Positions 20,965-30,542 of a stretch of 62,397 bases of DNA are shown here, one piece after another (the first letter of the stretch is position 1; the number at the start of each line of letters is the position of its first letter). The stretch covers positions 1-62,397 of the forward strand of contig JAQTRS010000005.1 of assembly GCA_028711705.1 (NCBI GenBank), in the 5' to 3' direction. The translations under genes and the position numbers were made by a program. The notes below the pieces were generated by a model. It searched no databases, had not been told where the DNA came from, and saw only the letters and a list, made by a program, of their open reading frames with translations. Origin of the DNA: Candidatus Moraniibacteriota bacterium (lineage in GTDB: Bacteria; Patescibacteriota; Minisyncoccia; Moranbacterales; UBA1568).

Positions 20965-21521
20965 AGGTTTCCCGGCTTAAGGCAGTCTTTTTTAATCTCG
21001 ACATCCAATTGGAAGTCGATGTTATCTTGAGTGAATAGGTCCGAAAGCGGGATGTCCGCATTCTGGAAACATTCCGATGCATTGAGCTTTTCTTTAAACA
21101 TGAGCAAAGCGTCCCGCGTGTCCGCCTTTCCCATCAAGGAAATCTTCCGATCCACCGTGGAGACTTTTTCCAGCAAAACACCTTCAGGGATCACCTCATC
21201 CAGAGCGATAAAAAAATTCGACCATTTGGTATGCTCCTTCTGAAACTTGAGCATCTCCGCAACCTGCTTATTGACGCTCTGGAATTTCTTTTCAGCAGAA
21301 TCGATTTCCCTAAAGGCCTGCTCCTGCTCCTTGGAGACATTGGCGCTCTCCAGATTCCTCAGCTGGAAACGGTTCATGTAATAGATGCCGGCAAGTATCC
21401 CCACATAGAAAAGCAGGAGCGACACCAAGATAATCTCCTGCCACACGATGAAGCGATACCGCTTCTTTCTGCGTACCTCGATTTTCTTCGCTTCTGAAAG
21501 CAGGTTCAATTTAATCTCCAT
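20961..21521 (-). CDS. pilN: PilN-like type IV pilus assembly protein
   Basis: It has an N-terminal LNLLSE (INLLP-type) motif, then a basic stretch, then a TM helix. Confidence 0.7.
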   Translation of the reverse strand: MEIKLNLLSEAKKIEVRRKKRYRFIVWQEIILVSLLLFYVGILAGIYYMNRFQLRNLESANVSKEQEQAFREIDSAEKKFQSVNKQVAEMLKFQKEHTKWSNFFIALDEVIPEGVLLEKVSTVDRKISLMGKADTRDALLMFKEKLNASECFQNADIPLSDLFTQDNIDFQLDVEIKKDCLKPGNL

Positions 21522-22599
21522 ACGCTTTCACATTTCTTAATGCCAAACCGATCGCCGTGGAATACTGCACTGACTTCTTCTTCTCGATGGGTGGAAGATG
21601 CTTCCCGAGCCGAAGATTGACCCATGGATTACCAAACTGAACCGGCATATTCAGGCGCTGCGACAGATACGGTAAAAGTCCTACCATATTCGAGCCTCCT
21701 CCGCACAATACCACGGTATCTATCGCTGAAGAATAACGCAGTCCGGTTAGATAAAAATCGATCGACCTTTGGATCTCGACTATCAAACTTTCTATTACCG
21801 GCGCCACCGCATTGAACAGAGGGTCTTTCTTGAGCGATGAGCCGATGCCATAGGTGATTTTGAGCGCCTCCGCTTCCTCGAAGGAAACCCGCATCGATTT
21901 GGAAATAGCATCCGTCACCATCTGAGAGGAGAGCGGGATGCTCGATGTGAAGCAGGGCGTGTTTCCTATGGAAACAAGAAAGCTGGTGCTCCTATCACCG
22001 ATATCGATGATGAGTGTCGTCTGGTCGTTCTCATCCTCCGACAAGAGGCTTCTGGCCTGCGCGATGGATTCGGTTTCCAAACCGACCACCTCGAGCCCCG
22101 CCGCCTCGAGTGTGCCAACAAACTGATCGACTACCGTTTTGGCGACCACAACCACCAACGCGCTCATCTTGTTGTTTTCCTTGCTCAGATTACGCGAGAG
22201 TATCTGGCTATCGTAGTACACCTGATCCAACGTGAGCGGGATATTGGCCTCGATCTCCCACTTGACCGCTTCCTTGGCCTCCGCCTCATCCATAATCGGA
22301 AGATTGATGATACGCAAAAAGGCTTTGACTTCAGGAAGCGAGCACACCACCTGTTTCGTGGGTATCTGCTTGGGGCCGGACTTCTCAATCAGGGTCTGAA
22401 TGGCTTCGATAACGGCACCCGATTTGATAATCTCGCCATCGGAGACGGCGCCCGACGGCAACGGAACAGATCCAAAGCTTGAGATGGTGTCGATATCGCC
22501 GCTTTCTTCAAGAAAGACCGATTTCAGGGAAAGGTCGCTCAAGTCCAATCCGAACGGACGCGGGTTGATACTGAAAATTTTTTGATTCAAAAACGACAT
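21511..22599 (-). CDS. pilM: PilM, actin-like type IV pilus assembly ATPase fold protein
   Basis: GLDLSDLSLKSV..., IIDIGDRSTSF and VLCGGGSNMVGL. Confidence 0.85.
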   Translation of the reverse strand: MSFLNQKIFSINPRPFGLDLSDLSLKSVFLEESGDIDTISSFGSVPLPSGAVSDGEIIKSGAVIEAIQTLIEKSGPKQIPTKQVVCSLPEVKAFLRIINLPIMDEAEAKEAVKWEIEANIPLTLDQVYYDSQILSRNLSKENNKMSALVVVVAKTVVDQFVGTLEAAGLEVVGLETESIAQARSLLSEDENDQTTLIIDIGDRSTSFLVSIGNTPCFTSSIPLSSQMVTDAISKSMRVSFEEAEALKITYGIGSSLKKDPLFNAVAPVIESLIVEIQRSIDFYLTGLRYSSAIDTVVLCGGGSNMVGLLPYLSQRLNMPVQFGNPWVNLRLGKHLPPIEKKKSVQYSTAIGLALRNVKAYGD

Positions 22600-22715
22600 T
22601 ATTGTGTATTTCTTTTATGTGACCTTTACTCCATTATACACTACAAAAGATAAAAATTGCGAATGCATTTTCCCTTTCGTAAGATGTTCATATTCGAGCA
22701 ATCGCAGACAGGTTC

Positions 22716-24149
22716 TCAGAGTTCTTCCCACAGGTCCATCAGATACTGCGTACCGGTCGGAAAGTAGGGCGGCGGAGAATACAGGAGATTATTATCATAG
22801 TATAGATTGCGCGTCGTATACCCGGTGCCATTGGTATAGGCGAAACCGTAGCGCTTATTGGTCGCAATAGCCCCATAGACAGTAATCGAGCTCTTCGTAT
22901 TGCCATAATTGAGACGGCCGACCCGGCCTGATTGCGCCAGAAGCGCCGCGTCGATCGTCAGCACATTGTTGCTGTTTTTCGTGATTTCGATATCGTTTTG
23001 CGAAATGATACCGAGCGTTTCCGAACCATCCGCATGCGCATAGGTGATGTCCTTTTGGATATAGGCATTCACCGTGCTGCTGGATATCAGATTGGCCGCG
23101 ACCACGGTCAGCCGTTTCGTGTCGATCGTCCCCTCAAGCCACACATTCCCTTCCACGAAAATGGCGCTATTATCGGGGATGGGATAATTGCTCCATCCAC
23201 CTTGATAGCTAGTTATCTCGCTCGTACAGCTGCCGCAACTCCCGGAACCGGGATTATTATACGTCTTGACGGTCCGGATATCAAAAGTGCCATCCGCCTT
23301 GAGAATAATGTGGCGACCTTGTCTATCATTATCGAAATAGCACCCGATCGATCCGCAACCGTTCGTTGCCACACCCGTCTTCACCTCGGATTTGATATAG
23401 CTGAGGTCCGCGGTTATCCCAGTAAAATCGAATGTCGGTTCCGGAAAGACTTTGCCTGCCAAAAACACATTGCTCCCCATCGAGGTATTGTATTCGCCAG
23501 ACCATTCGGTCCATACGCCAGGCTTCCACGCCTTGATACCGGTATCGTTGTCATAATAGGTGGACACGGCCGCTGAGACGGTATTGTGTGCCACACCATC
23601 GAAATGGATGCCATTGTTCACAAAAACCTTGCCGGAAACATCCGTGCCGGATCCCATACGCTGCATCTCATTTCCCAAAAGAGCATACTCGCTCCATGAT
23701 GGCCGGCGCAGACGGACCTTGATAATCCTTTTGACATCCGGATGCTTGTATGTCCAACCGGTCGATGTGACCGTCACCGTGCTTGAGCCGCTCTCCGGCG
23801 GCGTCACCACTAGGCTATACTTCCCGATAACCGACCCGCCCGGATCAAAATACTCCGCTTCATAAGGACTGTCCACGCCATAGGGATTCCCGCTCGTCCA
23901 GAAATCTTTGATCTGATTGGCCGTCTTCCCTTCCACCATATGCGCCAGGTACCAACGGTAAAAATACACTCCCGATTCGGAAATCTGAAGTGCGCTTTCC
24001 TTGGAAGCGGTTTGAAAACCATACTTCGTCTGAGAGATGATGAATCCTATAAGGGAGCTTAAGATAATCGACACGGCCAGCATGATCACCAGACCGTATA
24101 CGAGCGCCGAGCCTACGGCATTTTTCTGTATGTTCATATATGCTTTCAT
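22716..24149 (-). CDS. large PilX-like pilus-associated protein
   Basis: It has an N-terminal hydrophobic segment (GSALVYGLVIMLAVSIILSSLIGF) of the PilX N-terminal type, followed by a roughly 430-aa beta-rich domain. Confidence 0.5.
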   Translation of the reverse strand: MKAYMNIQKNAVGSALVYGLVIMLAVSIILSSLIGFIISQTKYGFQTASKESALQISESGVYFYRWYLAHMVEGKTANQIKDFWTSGNPYGVDSPYEAEYFDPGGSVIGKYSLVVTPPESGSSTVTVTSTGWTYKHPDVKRIIKVRLRRPSWSEYALLGNEMQRMGSGTDVSGKVFVNNGIHFDGVAHNTVSAAVSTYYDNDTGIKAWKPGVWTEWSGEYNTSMGSNVFLAGKVFPEPTFDFTGITADLSYIKSEVKTGVATNGCGSIGCYFDNDRQGRHIILKADGTFDIRTVKTYNNPGSGSCGSCTSEITSYQGGWSNYPIPDNSAIFVEGNVWLEGTIDTKRLTVVAANLISSSTVNAYIQKDITYAHADGSETLGIISQNDIEITKNSNNVLTIDAALLAQSGRVGRLNYGNTKSSITVYGAIATNKRYGFAYTNGTGYTTRNLYYDNNLLYSPPPYFPTGTQYLMDLWEEL

Positions 24150-24193
24150 GGGTATAATATAAAATACTTGTGGAATCGCTTCGCTTTCAGGGA

Positions 24194-24814
24194 CTAATAA
24201 TCATTCAGGTTGCGTAGCTCGGCGAACGACTGGATATTGATATTGTTTGGCGCCTTGATCGGATCGATATTCATACGGATCCAAATACGAATCAACCTGA
24301 TATCACCCACGGAAATCGTTCCCGAAAGCGGATTATTGGCAGTGTCGCCCGGATAATTCTTATTGTAATATGAGAAAAGCGGCTCACCGGACACATTAAC
24401 GACATAGGTCGCAACGGTCGTCACACTTTCATCGCCCGCCGGATACGTCACGGGCGTCCCGACGATAGGATTGGAAACGCCACGCCTCAACAGATCCCCG
24501 TCCAAAAAATAATGCACGCGCTCCGTATCATCATCGGTATCGGCATTCACATACACTTTCAGATCGAAATCCGAAACAGAGACGATCGGGAAATCGCCGT
24601 TATCCCCCTGCCTCACCCGGCGCAAGTCGCTCGCGATATTACTGACGGCCCGCGAGGTCAACATCGCTGTCGTTCCTTCCTCGATCGTAAACGAATTCAC
24701 CTTCAAGCTGTCCATGAACAGGAAGGTGAAGCCACTCATGGCCATGGTGAAAATCGCGATGGCGACCATCACCTCAACGAGCGTCATGCCCTTGTGTTGT
24801 ACGTGAATATCCAT
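24194..24814 (-). CDS. minor (pseudo)pilin with a prepilin-type N-terminal methylation motif
   Basis: KG/MTLVEVMVAIAIF class III signal. Confidence 0.8.
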   Translation of the reverse strand: MDIHVQHKGMTLVEVMVAIAIFTMAMSGFTFLFMDSLKVNSFTIEEGTTAMLTSRAVSNIASDLRRVRQGDNGDFPIVSVSDFDLKVYVNADTDDDTERVHYFLDGDLLRRGVSNPIVGTPVTYPAGDESVTTVATYVVNVSGEPLFSYYNKNYPGDTANNPLSGTISVGDIRLIRIWIRMNIDPIKAPNNINIQSFAELRNLNDY

Positions 24815-24817
24815 AGT

Positions 24818-26209
24818 TTAGAGAACGGTCATAGTAACGCTTTGTGTCTGCAATCCGCTGGTGATGACTATCGTGCCCATTTGATTCCCATAGCCGGCCA
24901 TCGTGACCGTATAGTCATAGGTCCCGGCCGCAAGCGCGGGCGAGGCTTCAGGAAAATACGCCTGCCCATATTGATCTGTGGTTATCGTGGCATCATAGGC
25001 GAGCGCCGCATTCGTCAGGTGCACGGAAGCATTCTGTATCGGCGTATCCACACCGGAAAGCGCTTCTTTGACGACCACCAATGCGGCCGATACTTGTTTG
25101 TCGACAACGGTGGCTTCCACATGCTTATCCACGCCATCCACAACAGAAAACGTGTTCTGCGATGTATCCGGTTCACTCAAACGAAGTAGTTGATACCTTG
25201 CCGTATCCTTCAGTGTCAGCGTGTATATTCCATGACTCTGATCCGTCACAACAACGCTTCCATCCGCGCCCGAATCGAAATCCTGATCCATGGAATATAC
25301 CGGCTCGATGGGATCGCCTGTCGTATCGCCGATTTTCCTGCCGCCCAGCATATGAAAATCGATATCCGGAAAATCGGCACCGAAGACATCTTTTGTGGCG
25401 ATGGAAATATCGGACGATCGATCTATCACGATCGTTTTTTGGTTGAAGGCATCGGCAACGACGGATGCATGGATATCGACCGGATTATACGTGGTGGTGG
25501 GATACGGGGCATAGGTTGTCACGCCGTAGTATCCGTTTTTCGAAACCTCTATCCGATAGGATTGGCTCGATGCCTCCGCTCCCGGAAGTATCAGGTTGCC
25601 GGTACTGTCCGTACTGGTCGTCACGTTGACATTGGGGCTCACGCTCGTATTGGTGATATGCACCGAAGCTCCCGACACACCCGTTCCGGCAGCATCGATC
25701 ACATTAAGGGACAGCGTTCCGCCGCCGCTTGAGATTTCCATTCCCTGAGGCACGAATGTCGTCACCAGGTAAACCCGCTGCGACACATCGCCAGACCCCC
25801 ACGACACCTCGATCTTCACGCGCTTGTAGTCATTGGGAATGACATCGATCGGAGTCGTCCCGCTCGCCTTCCCATCGAACGCGTCATCGACATACTGCAC
25901 GAAGGTGTGCACCGAAAAGGTCTGATTATTGACCGCCACGACCTCATCTTCCAGGATATCGCCCGCCGGTATGCCGTATGCATAGGTGACTCCGTCAGGA
26001 TTGAGCTTTTTCGTTCCCACTGAGTCATACTCGAGATTATGGATGATTTCCATCTTCTCATTAGCGACCGCGACCGCGCCCAGACGGTTCTTGGATTCTA
26101 TGATCTGCCTCGTGCCCGTCGTAAAGACACCATAGAACGTGATGGTGATGATACTGAAAATGAACAGTGCGGTCAGGGCTTCGATCAAAGTGAATCCTTG
26201 TTTCGGCAT
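24818..26209 (-). CDS. giant pseudopilin with carboxypeptidase-regulatory-like beta domains
   Basis: MPKQG/FTLIEALTALFIF prepilin signal. It carries repeated SVHITN/SVHLTN...TD..G beta-sandwich modules. Confidence 0.8.
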   Translation of the reverse strand: MPKQGFTLIEALTALFIFSIITITFYGVFTTGTRQIIESKNRLGAVAVANEKMEIIHNLEYDSVGTKKLNPDGVTYAYGIPAGDILEDEVVAVNNQTFSVHTFVQYVDDAFDGKASGTTPIDVIPNDYKRVKIEVSWGSGDVSQRVYLVTTFVPQGMEISSGGGTLSLNVIDAAGTGVSGASVHITNTSVSPNVNVTTSTDSTGNLILPGAEASSQSYRIEVSKNGYYGVTTYAPYPTTTYNPVDIHASVVADAFNQKTIVIDRSSDISIATKDVFGADFPDIDFHMLGGRKIGDTTGDPIEPVYSMDQDFDSGADGSVVVTDQSHGIYTLTLKDTARYQLLRLSEPDTSQNTFSVVDGVDKHVEATVVDKQVSAALVVVKEALSGVDTPIQNASVHLTNAALAYDATITTDQYGQAYFPEASPALAAGTYDYTVTMAGYGNQMGTIVITSGLQTQSVTMTVL

Positions 26210-26216
26210 ACGTTTT

Positions 26217-27440
26217 TTATTTGATATTTTCCAAGACGCTGTACATCGGCTGCATCATCGCGACCGCGAAGAATCCGACCATACCGCCGATCAGAAGCAT
26301 GAGTATCGGTTCGATGATGGACGAGAGGTTTTTGGTAATCTGATCCACCTCGGCTTCATAGAACTCCGCCAATTTTTCCAGCACAACCTCCGTCTTTCCT
26401 GTCTCCTCGCCCACCTCAATCATCTGCGGTACCAGAATCGGGAATATCCTCGGATGGGCGGCGATGACATCGCTCAAATCGGTTCCCTTCTGAATAGCGG
26501 CGACGCCTTCAGTCAGCGCATCCTTATAATACACGTTGGAGAGCGTTCGCGAGACGATATTGAGTGCATCCACCACCGAAACGCCGCTTTTCAAGAGTGC
26601 ACTGTATATGCGGGCGAATCGGGCGCAGTTCACCTTGATGATGATGTTTTTTATAATCGGCGTCCGCACGGTCACAAAGCTCAGTGAGCGTTTGCCGGAA
26701 GCTGTCTTGAGGAAGAATTTCAAAAAAACAAGCATGCCTATGAAAAATGACGGTATGAAAATATAATGGGCGCGGAAAAAATCACTCAGAGTGATGACGA
26801 ACACCGTCATGGCCGGCAATTCGACATTCATGTCCTTAAATACGCTCAGGATTTTCGGGAGGATATAGGTCAACATGAGTATAGCGATGCCGATCATCGC
26901 CACCACGACCACGGTCGGATAGGTCAGGGCGCCTTTAACTTTACTCAGAAGATCATGCTCTTTCTCAAGCTGAATCGCCAAAATATCGAGCACCTTGTCG
27001 AGGTTTCCGGAAATCTCACCCACATAGACCATGTTCACGAACAGTTCGCTGAAGACGTTCGGGTATCGGGCCAAGCTTTCACTCAGAGTCTTTCCTCCCT
27101 GCACATCCTCGAATATCTGCGCAAGTATTTTCTGAAAGTACTTGTTTTTCATCTGAGCGATAAGATTGGAAAGCGATCGGGAAAGCGTCAGTCCGGACGA
27201 AATCATCACGCTTAAGTTACGCGCGAATATCATGCGTTCCTTGAGCGGCACCGACTGGAATCGATCCATGAATTGAACGCTCACGCCGGAGGCCGCTTCA
27301 TCCATCTGCTTTGCCGAGGTAAGCAAAAAGCCCTCTTCACGCAATCGCCAAGCAAGCTCCCTTTCATCCTTGGCGACGGTATCGCCTCCGCGAGATTCAC
27401 CCGTCGTAATATTTTTAGCTGTGTAAATAAATTTCGGCAT
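26217..27440 (-). CDS. pilC: type IV pilus platform protein PilC (GspF family)
   Basis: Two GspF repeats with three TM helices. Motifs include LSRSLSNL, LTYPTVVVV and MMQPMYSVLENI. Confidence 0.9.
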   Translation of the reverse strand: MPKFIYTAKNITTGESRGGDTVAKDERELAWRLREEGFLLTSAKQMDEAASGVSVQFMDRFQSVPLKERMIFARNLSVMISSGLTLSRSLSNLIAQMKNKYFQKILAQIFEDVQGGKTLSESLARYPNVFSELFVNMVYVGEISGNLDKVLDILAIQLEKEHDLLSKVKGALTYPTVVVVAMIGIAILMLTYILPKILSVFKDMNVELPAMTVFVITLSDFFRAHYIFIPSFFIGMLVFLKFFLKTASGKRSLSFVTVRTPIIKNIIIKVNCARFARIYSALLKSGVSVVDALNIVSRTLSNVYYKDALTEGVAAIQKGTDLSDVIAAHPRIFPILVPQMIEVGEETGKTEVVLEKLAEFYEAEVDQITKNLSSIIEPILMLLIGGMVGFFAVAMMQPMYSVLENIK

Positions 27441-27487
27441 GTTTGTGTTTTTCTTTTCCTTCAGTATACCATACCCGCCCAGCTACA

Positions 27488-28408
27488 TTACGCGAGAGCT
27501 TCCAAATCACTCAGTCGCTGTTTGAATTTCTCGAACACTTTCGGTCCTTGCGGTTTCGGAAGAAAAATAAGAGCCTTATCCGTCGCTTCGATCAAACTTC
27601 CCGTGAGTTTCGTTTTCGGATTGGCAGCGATTTTCTTTTTCTGCAGGACGGAAAGTTTGCGTTCGAGCGCCCGGTCGCTGAGCAGGATTTCACCGATATC
27701 GCGCGTGAGCTTGGGTAACCAGAAATCTTTCATACAGAACAGATGCGCTGACCGCACCACCTGAAACTGCGGCCTGAAACGGCGTATCCACTGATTCTTC
27801 TCTTGGAATTTCTGGAACTCCGTAAAACCGAACAGCGGGGTGATGAAAAAATACTCGTTCGATGAAAACAGATCCTTGGTGATGATTTCCAACGAGTCGG
27901 TTGTGATCCAATAATTCAGGCAGGCCCGATCGGCAACATCCTCGCCATGCCGACGCTTACCGAAAATCTGAAGCAACCCCGTGAGTAGGGCGCGTCCCGT
28001 CCAGATATGCCCCGATCGCAAGACGATCAAGAGATCCCAATCCCCGGACGTTTCGCTATTTTTCATCGCCAAGCTCCCCGTCAACGCCACCATCCGGATA
28101 AATGGGACGAAACGCAGCCAAAATACCAGATTATGCACGCCCTTCTGTTTCGCGATCGAAAGTTTCCCCCGCCTCAAACGGCGCTTCACCAGCATGCGGC
28201 GCCCCGACAAAAAATACATCCCGTGCGAGTGGCTGACATAACGCCTTACCGACTCCGTTTCCAGCACCTTCTTGACAGCCTCCATACTCACCGGCTGGAG
28301 CGACTCATTCAGGAGGTATTTCCAAATCTCAAAAGACGTCAGGGGGTAATCGAGAACGTCGTAGTAGGCGATGGTGGTGACAATACTTTTTGAAATGCCT
28401 TTATTCAT
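27488..28408 (-). CDS. Pol-beta-superfamily nucleotidyltransferase-like protein (hypothetical)
   Basis: TGSLAMKNSETSGDWDLLIV fits the GS-x(n)-DxD nucleotidyltransferase signature. Confidence 0.4.
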   Translation of the reverse strand: MNKGISKSIVTTIAYYDVLDYPLTSFEIWKYLLNESLQPVSMEAVKKVLETESVRRYVSHSHGMYFLSGRRMLVKRRLRRGKLSIAKQKGVHNLVFWLRFVPFIRMVALTGSLAMKNSETSGDWDLLIVLRSGHIWTGRALLTGLLQIFGKRRHGEDVADRACLNYWITTDSLEIITKDLFSSNEYFFITPLFGFTEFQKFQEKNQWIRRFRPQFQVVRSAHLFCMKDFWLPKLTRDIGEILLSDRALERKLSVLQKKKIAANPKTKLTGSLIEATDKALIFLPKPQGPKVFEKFKQRLSDLEALA

Positions 28409-28422
28409 ACACCTAGTATACC

Positions 28423-28450
28423 AAAAAAACCGCTCCGTGTATCGGGGCGG
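28423..28450 (-). terminator. rho-independent terminator of CDS 28482-29546
   Basis: On the minus strand the stem CCGCCCC/GGAGCGG is followed by T7. Confidence 0.6.
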
Positions 28451-28481
28451 CTCAACGGTTCATGTATGGGATCAGTCCATC

Positions 28482-29546
28482 CTAATTCATCGGCGCGATT
28501 TCCTTCCACTTATTAGAGGTACAGTTTTTCGAGCCGAGGCATGTCGGAGCGGATGCAGCATCGCATCCGGCCGGCTTGGTGGAGGTGAACGTCGAACCGG
28601 CACACACGGCCGCGGCATCGGAAAGGGCGGCGGCGCAGGTGCAGACCGGAGCGGCGGCTGCGACCGTCACGGTAGCTGTGACCGTATCCGCACCATAGGT
28701 CGCCGTTATCGTCGCGGTCCTATTATTTGTATCACCATCCGCGATAGCTGATACGATAGTGGTTGGCGTCCCGCCTGTCGAGCTCAGCGATATGAATGAG
28801 GCACTCTCGCTCCATGTGATGGCAGACACTGGATTAGCCACACCCGGATCAGAGCAATTGGCTCGCATATCATAGTACAGCCCGAGCGTCTGGGAAGAAC
28901 CCTGCAGGATCGTCGGATTCGTATCGGGACAGATCTTCAAGATATTGACAGGGACAGGCGCAACGGCTTGCGCGCGGGAAAAATCGATCCAACCGAGTTC
29001 GTCGGACCAGGCATAGGTCGGGTTCGCTCCCGTTCCGTCCATCTTCGTGATATCCACGCCATACGGGACTGCCGATCCCGATGAAGCGCTATTGAGACTG
29101 ATGCAGCCCTTCCACCCACCAGCATTGGCACCGGCATCGCGAATGCCAAGGATTCTTGCGGCTCCCATAACAACATTACCGGATCGCGTCGGTGCCCCGA
29201 AAAAACAATCGAGTACATCAGCCTCATTGAAACCGATCCAACCGTAGTTCTCGCTCCATGCATAACCGCTCAATTTGCACCCGGCACCTGAACACGAGCT
29301 ATCCGGTATATTGACCCCGTACGAAACGGCTCCATTAACAATATTTCCGAGCGCATCCGTATTGTTCATACTCACCCAACCCAGGGATGTTTCATTACCA
29401 TTGATCACGCCATCCGAAGGATTCTCACTTCCGCCCCACAGCCACCCCCGAACACTCTCACCTGTGCCGGCATATGTTTTAACTGCCCCTCCGAACGCGA
29501 TAGCCAATGCTACCACCGGGAGTGTCCACATGATTTTGTTTCGCAT
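28482..29546 (-). CDS. secreted protein with three W..GW(I/V)xF repeats, an Ig-like segment and a Cys-rich C-terminus
   Basis: It has a signal peptide (MRNKIMWTLPVVALAIAFGGAVKTYA). The repeats read SLGWVSMNN, YAWSENYGWIGFNE and YAWSDELGWIDFS. An ATITATYGADTVTATVTV segment follows, and the last 60 aa contain 6 Cys. Confidence 0.6.
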   Translation of the reverse strand: MRNKIMWTLPVVALAIAFGGAVKTYAGTGESVRGWLWGGSENPSDGVINGNETSLGWVSMNNTDALGNIVNGAVSYGVNIPDSSCSGAGCKLSGYAWSENYGWIGFNEADVLDCFFGAPTRSGNVVMGAARILGIRDAGANAGGWKGCISLNSASSGSAVPYGVDITKMDGTGANPTYAWSDELGWIDFSRAQAVAPVPVNILKICPDTNPTILQGSSQTLGLYYDMRANCSDPGVANPVSAITWSESASFISLSSTGGTPTTIVSAIADGDTNNRTATITATYGADTVTATVTVAAAAPVCTCAAALSDAAAVCAGSTFTSTKPAGCDAASAPTCLGSKNCTSNKWKEIAPMN

Positions 29547-29659
29547 ACTTTTATATTTAACATGCCCCCATTCGATACATACACTCTACCATACTTTTTT
29601 ATATCCGCCTATCCTATCAACACCCGACTCGCAACCATTTCAGTATACGGCAAAACATC

Positions 29660-30538
29660 TCATATCTCCGAGTGAAAAACTTTTTCAACGGATCGCTTTA
29701 TGGCGCTTGTAAGCGACGCCTGAGAACAATCCTTTATTTCCATAATTTTTTTGGCCACCGCTGTCACGAAGCTCGGTTCATTGCGCTTCCCGCGATGCGG
29801 AACGGGTGCAAGAAATGGGCAATCGGTTTCTATAAACATCCTTTCGAGCGGAATCAGATTCACAGTTTCTCGGATATCGTCTTTCGTTCCTTCTGCAGAT
29901 TTTTTAACAGCATAAGTAATATTGCCCGTAAATGAAAAGTAAGCATTTGGAAATTCAAGGAATTTGCGCGTCACTTCCGTATCACCCATATAGCAATGAA
30001 GGATGAAGTTCGTATCGCCGCCCTCTCGTCGTATCACTTCTACAAGATCCTCATAAGCATCGCGGCAATGGATGATCATCGGCAGGTGCAGCTCCTGTGC
30101 CAGCCGTATCTGCGCGATGAACCCTTCTTTCTGCCACGCTTTCTGTGCATCCGTTATCGTATCACCCGTATGGCTGAAATAGTCCAAACCGCATTCGCCT
30201 ATCGCGATTATTTTCGGATTGTTTTTTGCCAATTTCCTCAATTCTTCAACATCTTCCCTAAGTTGATTCTCATCAACTGTTACTTGTCGGTTATCATCGA
30301 TTATTGGATTTTGGTTATCGGTAATTGCAACTTGTTTGCAAAAATAGTGCGGGTGCAACCCGACAGACGAAAAAATCCGCACATCCATTTCCGTGACAGC
30401 AAGCGCCTGCTTATGTTCCTCGGGCGACGTACTTACTACGACCATCATCGAAAGCCCGACATCAAAAGCACGCTTGATGACCTCCTTCCGATCATCGTCG
30501 TACTGCGGCATATACAGATGGGTATGAATATCAAGCAT
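29660..30538 (-). CDS. tatD: TatD-family metal-dependent hydrolase
   Basis: MLDIHTHL, GECGLDY and IIHCRDA motifs. A roughly 25-aa insertion (ITDNQNPIIDDNRQVTVDENQL) is present. Confidence 0.9.
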   Translation of the reverse strand: MLDIHTHLYMPQYDDDRKEVIKRAFDVGLSMMVVVSTSPEEHKQALAVTEMDVRIFSSVGLHPHYFCKQVAITDNQNPIIDDNRQVTVDENQLREDVEELRKLAKNNPKIIAIGECGLDYFSHTGDTITDAQKAWQKEGFIAQIRLAQELHLPMIIHCRDAYEDLVEVIRREGGDTNFILHCYMGDTEVTRKFLEFPNAYFSFTGNITYAVKKSAEGTKDDIRETVNLIPLERMFIETDCPFLAPVPHRGKRNEPSFVTAVAKKIMEIKDCSQASLTSAIKRSVEKVFHSEI

Positions 30539-30542
30539 AAAG

